Shown here one piece after another: positions 31,205 through 40,771 of a stretch of DNA of 64,000 nucleotides. The position numbers were made by a program, and so were the translations under genes. The notes below the pieces were generated by a model, which was given only the letters and a program-made list of their open reading frames with translations, was not told where the DNA came from and did no database searches. Positions within the stretch are counted from its first letter, which is position 1, and each line of letters opens with the position of its first letter. This stretch comes from a virus (lineage: Duplodnaviria > Caudoviricetes). The stretch covers positions 128,001 to 192,000 of IMG/VR virus record IMGVR_UViG_3300021426_000063. One strand, given 5' to 3'.

Positions 31205-32362
31205 ATGGAAAACATACTTGATTTTAATAATTATATTCTTGAATCAAAGAGTATTTATAAATTAGATAATGAGACTAAATCCAAACTTCTGGTCTTGGAT
31301 GAGAAGTATCATAAACTTATAGAAAAATTCCGTACGAAATATGTTGCACAGACTGTCAGTAACATCAAGGAAGAGTTTAACAAGTTTATGAATGCCAAAA
31401 ACCTTGGCCAGAAATATTATCCACAATTGGAAATAAAAAACTCTGAATATGATCAGAAGTTATATGATGGATTCCTTAATCTTATTGATGAGTTTGAAAA
31501 AATCAAAGACAGTTGTTATATTGCAAAGTTTTATCTTGAAAAACTCCATTCAATGAAAGGAAGTCTTGAGACCAGACAACATCTTGAAAATGGGGATTAT
31601 GAACCAGGAGAAAACCCGGTTGACAAAGAACTCTATAAAGAAGCTCTTAAATGTATAAAAGAACATCCATATAAGAAACCAGACTTCAAGGAAGATAGAA
31701 CAAATGACAGTGACACAGTATTAGAAGCAATTGAAGATGCATTGGATGAACTTGGATATGACTTTGATGTCCAGATAGACACAGGTATGCTCCCAAGAAT
31801 GAATGTTAAGATGGGTAGGGTAAATATAAATAAGGCAGCCAAGTTTTCTGATGAAGACATTGAAGGACTTATTGCCCATGAAATCAAAGGACATGTCGGT
31901 AGAAGATACTATGGAAAGAAGACTGGACTTTGGTTGTTTGCATATGGTACACAATCCAGTTCAACATATGATGAAGGTCTTGCAGTTTGGAATAGTTTAA
32001 ACTTGGTAAAACACAAGAAAGATAATGTGATGTTCAATATTGCAATGAAAACATGTATATCTTATCTTATGTTTGAGATGGATTTCTGTGATCTCTTTGA
32101 CTGGGTGAAGAAGCAGGCACCAGGAATGACAGACTATACTGCATTCAAAACAGTGATGAGACCAAGGAGAAGAAACAAGGATTGTTCAATTATGTCTGGA
32201 GAACCTATGACAACATATTTCCAGGGATTTAATATGGTCAATACTATGGATGACCAGATGAGAGATGACATCCTACATTATAATATAGGTCCAGACCAGA
32301 AATATGAACTTGAGAATATCAAGGAGTTCCTGAAGGTAAATAAATTCAAATCATTGAAATAA
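31205..32362 (+). CDS. DUF1704/MATCAP-like zinc metallopeptidase
   Basis: HExxxH motif AHEIKGHV.R plus downstream EGLA (YDEGLAV) and Y..G. Confidence 0.7.
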   Translation: MENILDFNNYILESKSIYKLDNETKSKLLVLDEKYHKLIEKFRTKYVAQTVSNIKEEFNKFMNAKNLGQKYYPQLEIKNSEYDQKLYDGFLNLIDEFEKIKDSCYIAKFYLEKLHSMKGSLETRQHLENGDYEPGENPVDKELYKEALKCIKEHPYKKPDFKEDRTNDSDTVLEAIEDALDELGYDFDVQIDTGMLPRMNVKMGRVNINKAAKFSDEDIEGLIAHEIKGHVGRRYYGKKTGLWLFAYGTQSSSTYDEGLAVWNSLNLVKHKKDNVMFNIAMKTCISYLMFEMDFCDLFDWVKKQAPGMTDYTAFKTVMRPRRRNKDCSIMSGEPMTTYFQGFNMVNTMDDQMRDDILHYNIGPDQKYELENIKEFLKVNKFKSLK

Positions 32363-32363
32363 T

Positions 32364-32765
32364 ATGAATACATTACTTGAATATAAAGATTTTATAACAT
32401 TCAAAAGTTATATCAAGGAATCATTGGATAAACATATGTTTGATGAAGATCCAGGTGTTGATTTTGATGAACATTGGGTAAAATCAGAAAAGGGTTCTCC
32501 TGAATTCCAATATGTATCAGATAGACTTCCTGTTTATAAAGGAAACAGACCACCTGTTGTTGACAGTGTATTCAATGCCGGCAACCATTATATTGCATAT
32601 ATCTATGGTGGTGAGAATGGTCCTGGAAATTGGAAAGACTATTCAAAATGGTTAAGTGAGTTGTTTGCAAACCTTGATGGTGCAATACCTATTGACTTAA
32701 CAAATGATTGTCCTGATGATGTATGGACATTGAGGTTATCATTTAAAATAAAAGAGAGTCTATAA
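32364..32765 (+). CDS. Hypothetical protein
   Basis: 133 aa, coupled to the peptidase gene; ends in bidirectional hairpin AAAAGAGAGTCT-ataac-AGACTCTCTTTT (about 32750-32778). Confidence 0.7.
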   Translation: MNTLLEYKDFITFKSYIKESLDKHMFDEDPGVDFDEHWVKSEKGSPEFQYVSDRLPVYKGNRPPVVDSVFNAGNHYIAYIYGGENGPGNWKDYSKWLSELFANLDGAIPIDLTNDCPDDVWTLRLSFKIKESL

Positions 32766-33146
32766 CAGACTCTCTTTTTTCTGTGGTTTGCACATATAAA
32801 CATCCAGTTCATATAGTGTACCATCCATAGATGCAAGTTGTGTCTTCTTGATTTCATCCTTATGGACTTTCATAATCTCATCTGCTATTCCTCTTATAAG
32901 CATTTCAGGAACCCTTTCTTCAATGAAACCTTCATAACCTTTCATCCTTCCATATGTATCCATCATAGTATTGGAAATCATATACTGTGCATGTACCTTG
33001 TCAATATGGTACTGGTCATAGCATATCATTGAAGGAAGTGATGAAGACATCATTGGTAAACACATTTCCCTATTAACAGTCTTCTCATCGAGTTTCTTTG
33101 CTGTATTAAGAAACCACTTTGATAATTTTTCTCTCAATTTACTCAT
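32760..33146 (-). CDS. Hypothetical protein
   Basis: 128-aa ORF overlapping the upstream stop. Confidence 0.65.
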   Translation of the reverse strand: MSKLREKLSKWFLNTAKKLDEKTVNREMCLPMMSSSLPSMICYDQYHIDKVHAQYMISNTMMDTYGRMKGYEGFIEERVPEMLIRGIADEIMKVHKDEIKKTQLASMDGTLYELDVYMCKPQKKESLL

Positions 33147-33901
33147 ATCTCAAACTCAAATGGATAATACATTTCTTTATAATCTTCATTCTTCAAGGAC
33201 ACATTCACCAACTTCTTCCCATCAAGTTCAACAGGAAGATGCTGACCAGAATGGACATGTCCACATAATGCATACTTGAAATTCCTGGTCTTCAACACCT
33301 CTGCCAATTCAGGAGAACCATAGTCTGTACCTGTATTGAAACAACCACCCTGGATGACCTCACCAAGACCTTCAATTTTTGGAGGCATATGGGTGATGAT
33401 GACATCACACTTATAAGGGATATTCTTGTACTTCTCCATAAGAGTACCATTATCCTGATAGAATGCCCAGGATGACAAATCCCTGATCCAAGGAGTACCA
33501 TAGAATCTGTGACCCTCATATTCATAAGAAGAATCACACAGATATACCAACTTATTATACTTACCTCTCAAATTACCAGGAAGGAGTTTCTTCATAACAT
33601 CAGATGCACTTCTCCAGGTATATCTCCTATATCCATCAGATTCATCTATCAATCTCCTGTGTATATTCTGTAAGAAGAAGTCATGATTACCACCTACCAA
33701 AATAAACTTCTCACAAGGAAGTTTCTCCACCCAGGGAAGAAACTCAAGACAGAACCAGGACACCATCTGTGTCTGGTCACCCTGGTAATCAAGAGGACTG
33801 ATGTCACCTGCACAGCAGACAACATCACACTCTGGGAGTTGAGGCAATGAACCATGTGTATCAGATATTGCAATACACTTTATTTTCTTTTCTTCAATCA
33901 T
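33143..33901 (-). CDS. Calcineurin-like metallophosphoesterase
   Basis: Complete motifs SDTHG, AGD, GNHD, TH.PP, GHVH. Confidence 0.9.
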   Translation of the reverse strand: MIEEKKIKCIAISDTHGSLPQLPECDVVCCAGDISPLDYQGDQTQMVSWFCLEFLPWVEKLPCEKFILVGGNHDFFLQNIHRRLIDESDGYRRYTWRSASDVMKKLLPGNLRGKYNKLVYLCDSSYEYEGHRFYGTPWIRDLSSWAFYQDNGTLMEKYKNIPYKCDVIITHMPPKIEGLGEVIQGGCFNTGTDYGSPELAEVLKTRNFKYALCGHVHSGQHLPVELDGKKLVNVSLKNEDYKEMYYPFEFEI

Positions 33902-34173
33902 GCTTTATAAACCCATTCATTTAAATACCAATCACCATATATACCCATCAGGTCTTTTCTTCCTGTCAATAACTTATATGTATCTTCCATCTGTTCTTTT
34001 GTTACAATTACATATTTATTGAGAGGCATTTCAATTCCAAGATACTGTGAAACCTCATCACAAAGTTCTTGTTTACTGAACCAAATCTCACTTCTTATAT
34101 AATCATAATGTACAACATAATCATCATCTACATAATTATTGATTATGTGATGGAGCATATAATCTACCTTCAT
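33898..34173 (-). CDS. Hypothetical protein
   Basis: 91 aa, directly after TTTGTTATTTTT motif (34179-34190). Confidence 0.65.
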   Translation of the reverse strand: MKVDYMLHHIINNYVDDDYVVHYDYIRSEIWFSKQELCDEVSQYLGIEMPLNKYVIVTKEQMEDTYKLLTGRKDLMGIYGDWYLNEWVYKA

Positions 34174-34221
34174 AATACAAAAATAACAAAAAAGGATGAC
34201 ATTTACAAGTCATCCTTTCAA

Positions 34222-34977
34222 TTAAAACAATTTTTCTGACAATTCACTTTGTAAATTCTTTATCCTCTCTTCTGCAATTTTATAATAATCTTCACTCATC
34301 TCAAACCCTATGAATCTCCTGTTTTCCATAATTGCGGCAACCGCAGTCGTACCACTGCCAATAAATGGATCCAGGATTACATCATCTTCATATGTGAATA
34401 ACCTGATACACCTCTTTGGTAATTCAACAGGATATGCAGCAGGATGACCTATCTTTTTCAGGTTCTCACAATTGAAACTCCACATACCATTACTCCAATC
34501 TATGAATTCTTTTTTCTCAATGGTTATCTTTCCCTTGTGAATGAGTTTTGGTGATTTACAAAATATCAATATATACTCAAAACATCTTGGAAAGGAAGGA
34601 GATGAAGGACTCATAAAACTTCCCCATGCACATCTGTTACTTGTTGTGTTCTTATTCCATATGATTATGGTGAGTATATGGAATCCTATTTCCTTTGCAA
34701 TTTGAATAAAATCAGAGTGTGTTGGTATTGAACCATTCTTTGTATCACCTATATTCACACACATCCTGCCATCATCTGTCAATACCCTGTATGATTCTGA
34801 AAAGATTTCTTTCATCCAATGAAGATAATCCTCATATGGTTTATTGTCTTTATACTCATCATAATCAAGACCTACATTATATGGTGGTGATGTTATGATA
34901 CAATGAATTGATTTGTCAGATATATCCTTCATACCTGTCAAACAATCCTCATTGTATATTTTGTTTAATTCTTTCAT
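34222..34977 (-). CDS. Beta-class N4C/N6A DNA methyltransferase (SPPY)
   Basis: TSPPY precedes HPA.YP and DPFIGSGTT; start re-called at ATG 34977. Confidence 0.92.
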   Translation of the reverse strand: MKELNKIYNEDCLTGMKDISDKSIHCIITSPPYNVGLDYDEYKDNKPYEDYLHWMKEIFSESYRVLTDDGRMCVNIGDTKNGSIPTHSDFIQIAKEIGFHILTIIIWNKNTTSNRCAWGSFMSPSSPSFPRCFEYILIFCKSPKLIHKGKITIEKKEFIDWSNGMWSFNCENLKKIGHPAAYPVELPKRCIRLFTYEDDVILDPFIGSGTTAVAAIMENRRFIGFEMSEDYYKIAEERIKNLQSELSEKLF

Positions 34978-35698
34978 TTGCAATATTGAAATAATTTACA
35001 TCTGTCTCAAAACCAATAAAATTTCTTCCAGTGTTCATACAAGCAATTGCAGTTGTACCTGAGCCAATACAGTTGTCAAGAATAACATCACCTTCATTGG
35101 AATAGGATTTTATCAACCACTCAATAAGTTCAACAGGTTTCTGTGTAGGATGAACCTGGTCCTGTCTCCTCCACTTCTGCTGGAACTCCAACACACTGTC
35201 AGGATATCTGTATCCATCATTGACACTGACCACTTCTTTCCTGTTGAATCCTATCTGGTGGTTATTGATGTCAACCTCTGAAATCTTATGGGTTCTCTTG
35301 TATGGTTTGCCTGGTTTCATCTGTGGGTTATAGACAGTTTTTTCACCATTCCTTGAAAAGATACTGATGTTCTCATGCTTGGCAATGGGCCTATACTTGG
35401 CACAAAAGGCAGAACCAGACTTTGACTTCTTCCAAATCAAATCATACTTGTACCATTTCAGATTACTCATCCTTAACATACTACTGAAAGGTTCTGTACC
35501 AAAGAGAATGATTGCACCATTGTCTTTGATAATTCTCTCATACTGTTCCCACAATTTATCAAAAGGAATGAGTATATCCCAGGCACAACTTGTCGACCCA
35601 TAAGGGGGATCACAGATAATACAATCCACAGACTTGTCAGGTATATCTCTCATACCAATAAGACAATCCTCATTATAAATCTTATTCAACTCCTTCAT
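34949..35698 (-). CDS. Beta-class N6A/N4C DNA methyltransferase (DPPY)
   Basis: CDPPY, HPTQKP, DNCIGSGTT; start re-called at ATG 35698 after TTTGTTATTTTT (35705-35716). Confidence 0.92.
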   Translation of the reverse strand: MKELNKIYNEDCLIGMRDIPDKSVDCIICDPPYGSTSCAWDILIPFDKLWEQYERIIKDNGAIILFGTEPFSSMLRMSNLKWYKYDLIWKKSKSGSAFCAKYRPIAKHENISIFSRNGEKTVYNPQMKPGKPYKRTHKISEVDINNHQIGFNRKEVVSVNDGYRYPDSVLEFQQKWRRQDQVHPTQKPVELIEWLIKSYSNEGDVILDNCIGSGTTAIACMNTGRNFIGFETDVNYFNIANERIKQNIQ

Positions 35699-35749
35699 AA
35701 CATTAAAAATAACAAAATTGGGGAGACTTAACCATCTCCCCAATTTCAT

Positions 35750-36232
35750 TTATAACTTTGAACTTATGTCCTCTCCTGTCTTTAAATCTATGATTCTCTG
35801 GTTTGAACTACCTCTGAATGCCAGTGATGTGTCTCTCTTTGTACAATCATACATCCCATCTACCAGAATGTCTGAAAGTTCAAGAATCTCCTTGAAGTGT
35901 TCCTTACAGTATTCATAAGTATATCCTGTATAAATCCACACATCCTTTGTGTTTCCAAACCTTTCTCTGAAATGTTGAAGAAGTTCCAGTACACCATCAG
36001 GACTGTCAAGTGGGTCACCACCACTCAATGTCAATCCCTTAATGTAAGGTTTATCTATCTCATTAAAGAGAACTTCTTCAACCTTTCCATTGTAAACCTT
36101 ACCAGAACTAAAACTCCAGGTCTTCCTGTTGTGGCACTGCTTACAATGATGGGTACAACCTGACACCCACAATGTAACCCTGCATCCTAAACCATTATTT
36201 ACATCAGATGCTGTGATACTTTCATATTTCAT
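35750..36232 (-). CDS. nrdG: Anaerobic ribonucleotide reductase activating enzyme (radical SAM)
   Basis: NG.G.RVTLWVSGCTHHCKQCHN (CxxxCxxC), GLTLSGGDP, FRGSSNQRII. Confidence 0.95.
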   Translation of the reverse strand: MKYESITASDVNNGLGCRVTLWVSGCTHHCKQCHNRKTWSFSSGKVYNGKVEEVLFNEIDKPYIKGLTLSGGDPLDSPDGVLELLQHFRERFGNTKDVWIYTGYTYEYCKEHFKEILELSDILVDGMYDCTKRDTSLAFRGSSNQRIIDLKTGEDISSKL

Positions 36233-38535
36233 TTTACAATAATTTCCTTATTATGTTTCACTCTATCCTTTACCTCATCCTGCTTTCCAAGATTGAATGC
36301 AGTCTTGTAATCGCCGGTAAGGTATCCTGTAACTCGGCGAAGTCTGTGGATATTTGTACTTCCACATCTTGGACAGTTCTCACCAATCTCACCCTGCCAA
36401 CCACAATCAACACAAAGGTCATTAGGAGTATTAACTGCAAAGTAAGGAATGTCCTTGTTCATTGCATAATTGACAATGGTTTCCAATGCTTCAATATTAT
36501 GAAGAACTGTTGAAGGAAGTTCAACATAAGTGATACAACCTGCTGAACTGTATCCTGTCAACTGTGACTCAATGTCAATTTTCTCAAATGGAGTTACCTT
36601 TTCCCATACAGGAACATGCATTGAATTAGTGAAGTATTCTCTATCAGATACATTCTCAATGACACCATACTTGTCACGGAATTTCTTGAGAGCAGTATAG
36701 CAAAGATTTTCAGCAGGTGTATAATAAACACCAAAGTTGAGACTGTATTTCTGTTTATACTCTGCACATCTGTCTTTAAATAACTGCTCAATCCTCTTTG
36801 CAAGTTCCATACCTTCATCAGTACATTGGTTCTTACCAATAAGGAGTTGAAGTGTCTCTGCAAGACCAAGCTGACCAATTACAATAGTACCATGCTTGAG
36901 TGCTGACCTGATACCTTCTTCTGGAATGTAACCTGCCATAGTGTGGTTAATGTACATAAAGTCTGCTGACTTTGGAGACTGTGAGCAGATCCACTCAAAT
37001 CTTTCAAGAAGCATATCCTTTGCCTCACCAATCTTCTTGTCAAGGAGTTTCATAAATTTCTCAACATCCCTGTCTGCTTCCATTGCAAGGGTAGGCATAA
37101 TGATGGTCACAGGGCAGATGTTACCTCTACCATCCTTCAACTGACCAAAACCATTGATGTCCCAACCATTGGCAGTACGACAACCCATTGTACTGAAATA
37201 AGTTCTTGGATCATTCCTGTCATAACCAGCATTACCTGACCAGTCTACATTGGCATAGTTAGGATAGAGCCTCTTTGCTGTTGACTGCAAGGCCATCTTG
37301 AACAAATCATAATTAGGAGTACCAGGTCTGTCATTGACACCCTTCATATACTGGAAGATACCACAAGGGAAGATAGGAGTCTTATGGAACTTACCAACAC
37401 CCTTGATTGAACCCTGGATGAGAGCCTTTGTAACAACCCTACCTTCTGCACTGGTACAAGTACCATAGTTGATGGAAGTGAAAGGAAGCTGATTACCACT
37501 TCTGGACTGTAAGGTGTTGAGGTTATGATACATACCTTCAACAGCCTGCTTTAACTCAATAAGAGTATTCTTCTTTGCACTCTGATAATAGACAGGATTA
37601 AGTTTCTCCTTGTTGTCAAAGAAGAAGTCTTCCCTGGTGAGACCCAATTTCTTGAGCATCTCATCCCTGTGTTCATCACACCAGTCATCAAACTTGTTTC
37701 TTGAAATGATGTACTTCTTTCCATCATCACCAATAATAGTCTCATCATAATCACTGAAAATCATTTCTTCAACATCCAGTTCAAGGAACTCTGGACAGTC
37801 TTCAAGACATCTCTGGATATAGTGTTTGAAGAATGATTTCTGAACATAAGGTACCATTGTCCAGTCAAGGTGTGTTGCTGATACACCACCAAACTGCTGA
37901 AGTGACTGTAACTGGAAGATGACTGCGACAAGCTGCATTGCAGTATTGATTGAGTTGGCAGGACGTACATCTGTCTGTCTTGTGTTGAATCCCTTTGAGA
38001 GTAAATCATCAAATGGAACAGAAAGACAGTTGTGCATACCTGCTGCATAGGAATCAAGGTCATGGATATAAATCTCATTGTTAATATGATTGTTCCTTGA
38101 CTTCCTTGACATACAATTCTTCAAAGCATAATCCTTCAAAACAAGTCTTGTAACCTCACCCATCTTACCACCAAATGATGATTCATCCACATTGGCATTC
38201 TGGTTCTTTACATCTGATGCTTTGATTGCTTTCTCAACCTCCTTCTCCTGCTTACTCTTCTCATCTCTCATTGCCTTGTGTTCTGCTCTATAAATGATGA
38301 AGTTTTTTGCAACACAAGGATAATACCTCATAAGATACTTTTCAAGTTTATCCTGGATGTCTTCCACATGCATTGATTCTTCCTCAATGTCATTCACCCA
38401 CCCCTTGATAAAATCATAAACCTCAACAGGTGTCTCCATCTCTTTTGATGCAAATGCCTTGTCAAGGACATTATAAATCTTCTCAATTCGGAAGTGGGCA
38501 GGTGTCCCATCTCTTTTTATTACTGTTTTAATCAT
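36229..38535 (-). CDS. nrdD: Class III anaerobic ribonucleoside-triphosphate reductase with ATP cone
   Basis: N-terminal VIKRDG ATP cone, IYIHDLD..NC, MGCRT, TPAE.L, YFTNS.H, CxxC...CxxC, RRVTGYL glycyl-radical motif. Confidence 0.96.
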   Translation of the reverse strand: MIKTVIKRDGTPAHFRIEKIYNVLDKAFASKEMETPVEVYDFIKGWVNDIEEESMHVEDIQDKLEKYLMRYYPCVAKNFIIYRAEHKAMRDEKSKQEKEVEKAIKASDVKNQNANVDESSFGGKMGEVTRLVLKDYALKNCMSRKSRNNHINNEIYIHDLDSYAAGMHNCLSVPFDDLLSKGFNTRQTDVRPANSINTAMQLVAVIFQLQSLQQFGGVSATHLDWTMVPYVQKSFFKHYIQRCLEDCPEFLELDVEEMIFSDYDETIIGDDGKKYIISRNKFDDWCDEHRDEMLKKLGLTREDFFFDNKEKLNPVYYQSAKKNTLIELKQAVEGMYHNLNTLQSRSGNQLPFTSINYGTCTSAEGRVVTKALIQGSIKGVGKFHKTPIFPCGIFQYMKGVNDRPGTPNYDLFKMALQSTAKRLYPNYANVDWSGNAGYDRNDPRTYFSTMGCRTANGWDINGFGQLKDGRGNICPVTIIMPTLAMEADRDVEKFMKLLDKKIGEAKDMLLERFEWICSQSPKSADFMYINHTMAGYIPEEGIRSALKHGTIVIGQLGLAETLQLLIGKNQCTDEGMELAKRIEQLFKDRCAEYKQKYSLNFGVYYTPAENLCYTALKKFRDKYGVIENVSDREYFTNSMHVPVWEKVTPFEKIDIESQLTGYSSAGCITYVELPSTVLHNIEALETIVNYAMNKDIPYFAVNTPNDLCVDCGWQGEIGENCPRCGSTNIHRLRRVTGYLTGDYKTAFNLGKQDEVKDRVKHNKEIIVK

Positions 38536-38558
38536 AAAAATACTTTTGTTATTATATC

Positions 38559-39218
38559 TTATTCACCACAGTTAAGTTGGTTAACTATGGTGTTTGTGTT
38601 CTCATCAACAGTGAAATAATTATGATAAACAGCAACTGTACCATTATAGACATCTTCTCTTCCAAGAAGTTCTACATTCTCAACAGTCTTGTACTCATAA
38701 TTATCAGAGGAAGTACAAACCTTTCCACATTTAACATTATAGAGATCTGCTTCATATCCATCCCTGGTGCAGATCTCTCTCTCATCCCAGACACACTCAA
38801 ACTCTTCACCAGATACTTCACATTTCTTAATTACTGTACCCTTCTTAGTTCCAGTGTATTCTGTAAACTGTTTATCCTTCTCATCAATATCAAAAGGAAG
38901 GATAACAGGATATTTAATAGACACAATCTTATATCCATCAAACAGATCGCCGGCAAATACATAACCATCATCTGTAAGGAACATATGATTGGCCGTTGCT
39001 TTTAGTACTGTACCATCAGTCAATGTGATTTTCACAAGTTCCACATTGTATCCTGACACCCTTGGATGGAACATTTTTGATACCTTGATGTTTCCATCTC
39101 CATCCAAACAATACACATTCACATCATCACCAGCATCAGCCAGTTCCTTGAAGGATTTGAACCCTTCAACAGTCCATACCTTGGTATCTCCTGTAACACA
39201 AGGATTTAGTTTATTCAT
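38559..39218 (-). CDS. Free-standing mini-intein (HINT) with 6-aa N-extein and 3-aa C-extein
   Basis: MNKLNP|CVTGDTKV (block A), ATANH (block B), VYNGTV..YHNY (block F), QLN|CGE stop (block G). Confidence 0.85.
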   Translation of the reverse strand: MNKLNPCVTGDTKVWTVEGFKSFKELADAGDDVNVYCLDGDGNIKVSKMFHPRVSGYNVELVKITLTDGTVLKATANHMFLTDDGYVFAGDLFDGYKIVSIKYPVILPFDIDEKDKQFTEYTGTKKGTVIKKCEVSGEEFECVWDEREICTRDGYEADLYNVKCGKVCTSSDNYEYKTVENVELLGREDVYNGTVAVYHNYFTVDENTNTIVNQLNCGE

Positions 39219-39239
39219 TTAAAAAAATTTAATAAAAAG

Positions 39240-39785
39240 TTAAACATTAAAACCAATATTCCTCGCTCGGTGGAATAATTTATTTATGTAATCATTTACT
39301 GATTTTTCATCCTCAAACCGGAGGTCATAAGTGCTGAAATCTTTAAAATCCTCTGTATCAGCAGCTATCCTCTTTTCATTGTCATCTCCAACCTTGTTTG
39401 TATATCTTTTTTCCAGTCTCTCCCTTCTAAGTTCAACAGGCATATCAAGGTAAATGATTGTAAATCTGTCTCTTAACTCTGGATATAATGTAAACACATC
39501 CTTCACATTGGCAGGTGAGAGAATGGCAACACTGGAGTTCATAAGTTCATCATAAGACACTCCATACCATCCTATACGATAGAAATTGACAGAGATAAAC
39601 TTTGCTCTGTCATCCATATCTTTAAATTCTTCTTCAGAGACAAAATGATATTCATCACCTGTCTCATTCTCTCTCTTCTCACGGGTAGTGTACTGCTTCA
39701 TAGGTTTATACCCAATCTCAACCAATTTCTTTAAGAACCAGTCCTTTCCAGATGCTCCTGGTCCGACAATGATATACTTACTCAT
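39240..39785 (-). CDS. gmk: Guanylate kinase-like nucleotide monophosphate kinase
   Basis: P-loop GPGASGKD, YTTR..R.NE....YHFVSEEEF, WYG. Confidence 0.85.
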   Translation of the reverse strand: MSKYIIVGPGASGKDWFLKKLVEIGYKPMKQYTTREKRENETGDEYHFVSEEEFKDMDDRAKFISVNFYRIGWYGVSYDELMNSSVAILSPANVKDVFTLYPELRDRFTIIYLDMPVELRRERLEKRYTNKVGDDNEKRIAADTEDFKDFSTYDLRFEDEKSVNDYINKLFHRARNIGFNV

Positions 39786-39942
39786 CTAATAGTTTATTAA
39801 AGTTCTCAATCAGGTTTCCTTTGAGGTTGTTTTCCCATTCCTCATTGGTCATAGGAAGATATACAACATCTCCATCACTCATATGAATTGCTGCTTCTTC
39901 TTTAACAGCATTATATGTCACTCTATAAATCTTACCTTTCAT
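39778..39942 (-). CDS. Small hypothetical protein (54 aa; not in ORF track)
   Basis: MKGKIYRVTYNAVKEEAAIHMSDGDVVYLPMTNEEWENNLKGNLIENFNKLLDE; follows TTTGTTATTTTT (39949-39960) and overlaps the gmk start. Confidence 0.6.
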   Translation of the reverse strand: MKGKIYRVTYNAVKEEAAIHMSDGDVVYLPMTNEEWENNLKGNLIENFNKLLDE

Positions 39943-39983
39943 ATATGAAAAAATAACAAAAAAAGGAGATGATTACTCATCTC

Positions 39984-40505
39984 CTATTCAAAAATATCTG
40001 TTTGAATTTTATTCTCATCAAACAAACCAAAGAACCTTAACAGTTTTTGTTTCCTTGTCAATGTATTTTCTGTGATATATGGATTGTCAATACCATCCAG
40101 AGTTTCATCCAGAGGTTCATATCTATATTCCCTGGACCACCCATCATTATGTTCCCATAGAGTCTCACACCTGGTTATCTTTGCAAGTCTTCCACCACTA
40201 TACATATTACCTATAAATATCAGGTCTCCAACTTCAAGATCATTCCTTCCAAAGTAATACCCTTCATCCTGTTCATTACAAAAGAATGTAACTTTCCTGT
40301 TCTTTCTATCTACCCAACCATCATTACACCTGTATGCTTTGACGTTCATCTCCATAAGTTTGTTATGGAATTCCTTCATTTCCCTTTTCATCTTTGCATC
40401 AATTTCAAGGAATGTAGGAAGAAATCTGGAATCATGTATTTCAATGGATCCACCACCAGGAATGCCAAATTTCTCTTTTATTAAGTATTCATCTGGAATT
40501 GACAT
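39984..40505 (-). CDS. Hypothetical protein
   Basis: 173 aa, followed by hairpin AGGAGATGA-ttac-TCATCTCCT. Confidence 0.7.
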   Translation of the reverse strand: MSIPDEYLIKEKFGIPGGGSIEIHDSRFLPTFLEIDAKMKREMKEFHNKLMEMNVKAYRCNDGWVDRKNRKVTFFCNEQDEGYYFGRNDLEVGDLIFIGNMYSGGRLAKITRCETLWEHNDGWSREYRYEPLDETLDGIDNPYITENTLTRKQKLLRFFGLFDENKIQTDIFE

Positions 40506-40588
40506 ATCTCATTATTTATTAAAGAATTATGTTGAAAAAATCAATAGTGATCAAATGGCCCGTTTGTATATTATTAAATATAATACAT

Positions 40589-40768
40589 TTAAAATCCCAG
40601 AACTGAAACCAGGAGATAAATCAAACCATAGATTAAAGAAAAGATAATAAGAAACCTAATAATAGAATATAACAGACTGATTATAAACATTATAAGTTTC
40701 CATATCATAGGTATCAGAATAATAAGACCTACAATAGAAAATATCACTATGATAATAGTAAACAACAT
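40589..40768 (-). CDS. Small hydrophobic membrane protein (59 aa; not in ORF track)
   Basis: MLFTIIIVIFSIVGLIILIPMIWKLIMFIISLLYSIIRFLIIFSLIYGLIYLLVSVLGF; packed between neighbouring genes. Confidence 0.55.
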   Translation of the reverse strand: MLFTIIIVIFSIVGLIILIPMIWKLIMFIISLLYSIIRFLIIFSLIYGLIYLLVSVLGF

Positions 40769-40771
40769 AAC

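Noticed and set aside
37560-37830. Possible intein or insertion in NrdD
   Set aside because: The segment lacks intein blocks A/B/F/G and lies in a region that is variable among NrdD proteins.
38545-38556. TTTGTTATTATA on the plus strand between the intein gene and nrdD (antisense promoter?)
   Set aside because: Imperfect match, opposite orientation to local genes and a single occurrence; cannot be distinguished from chance.
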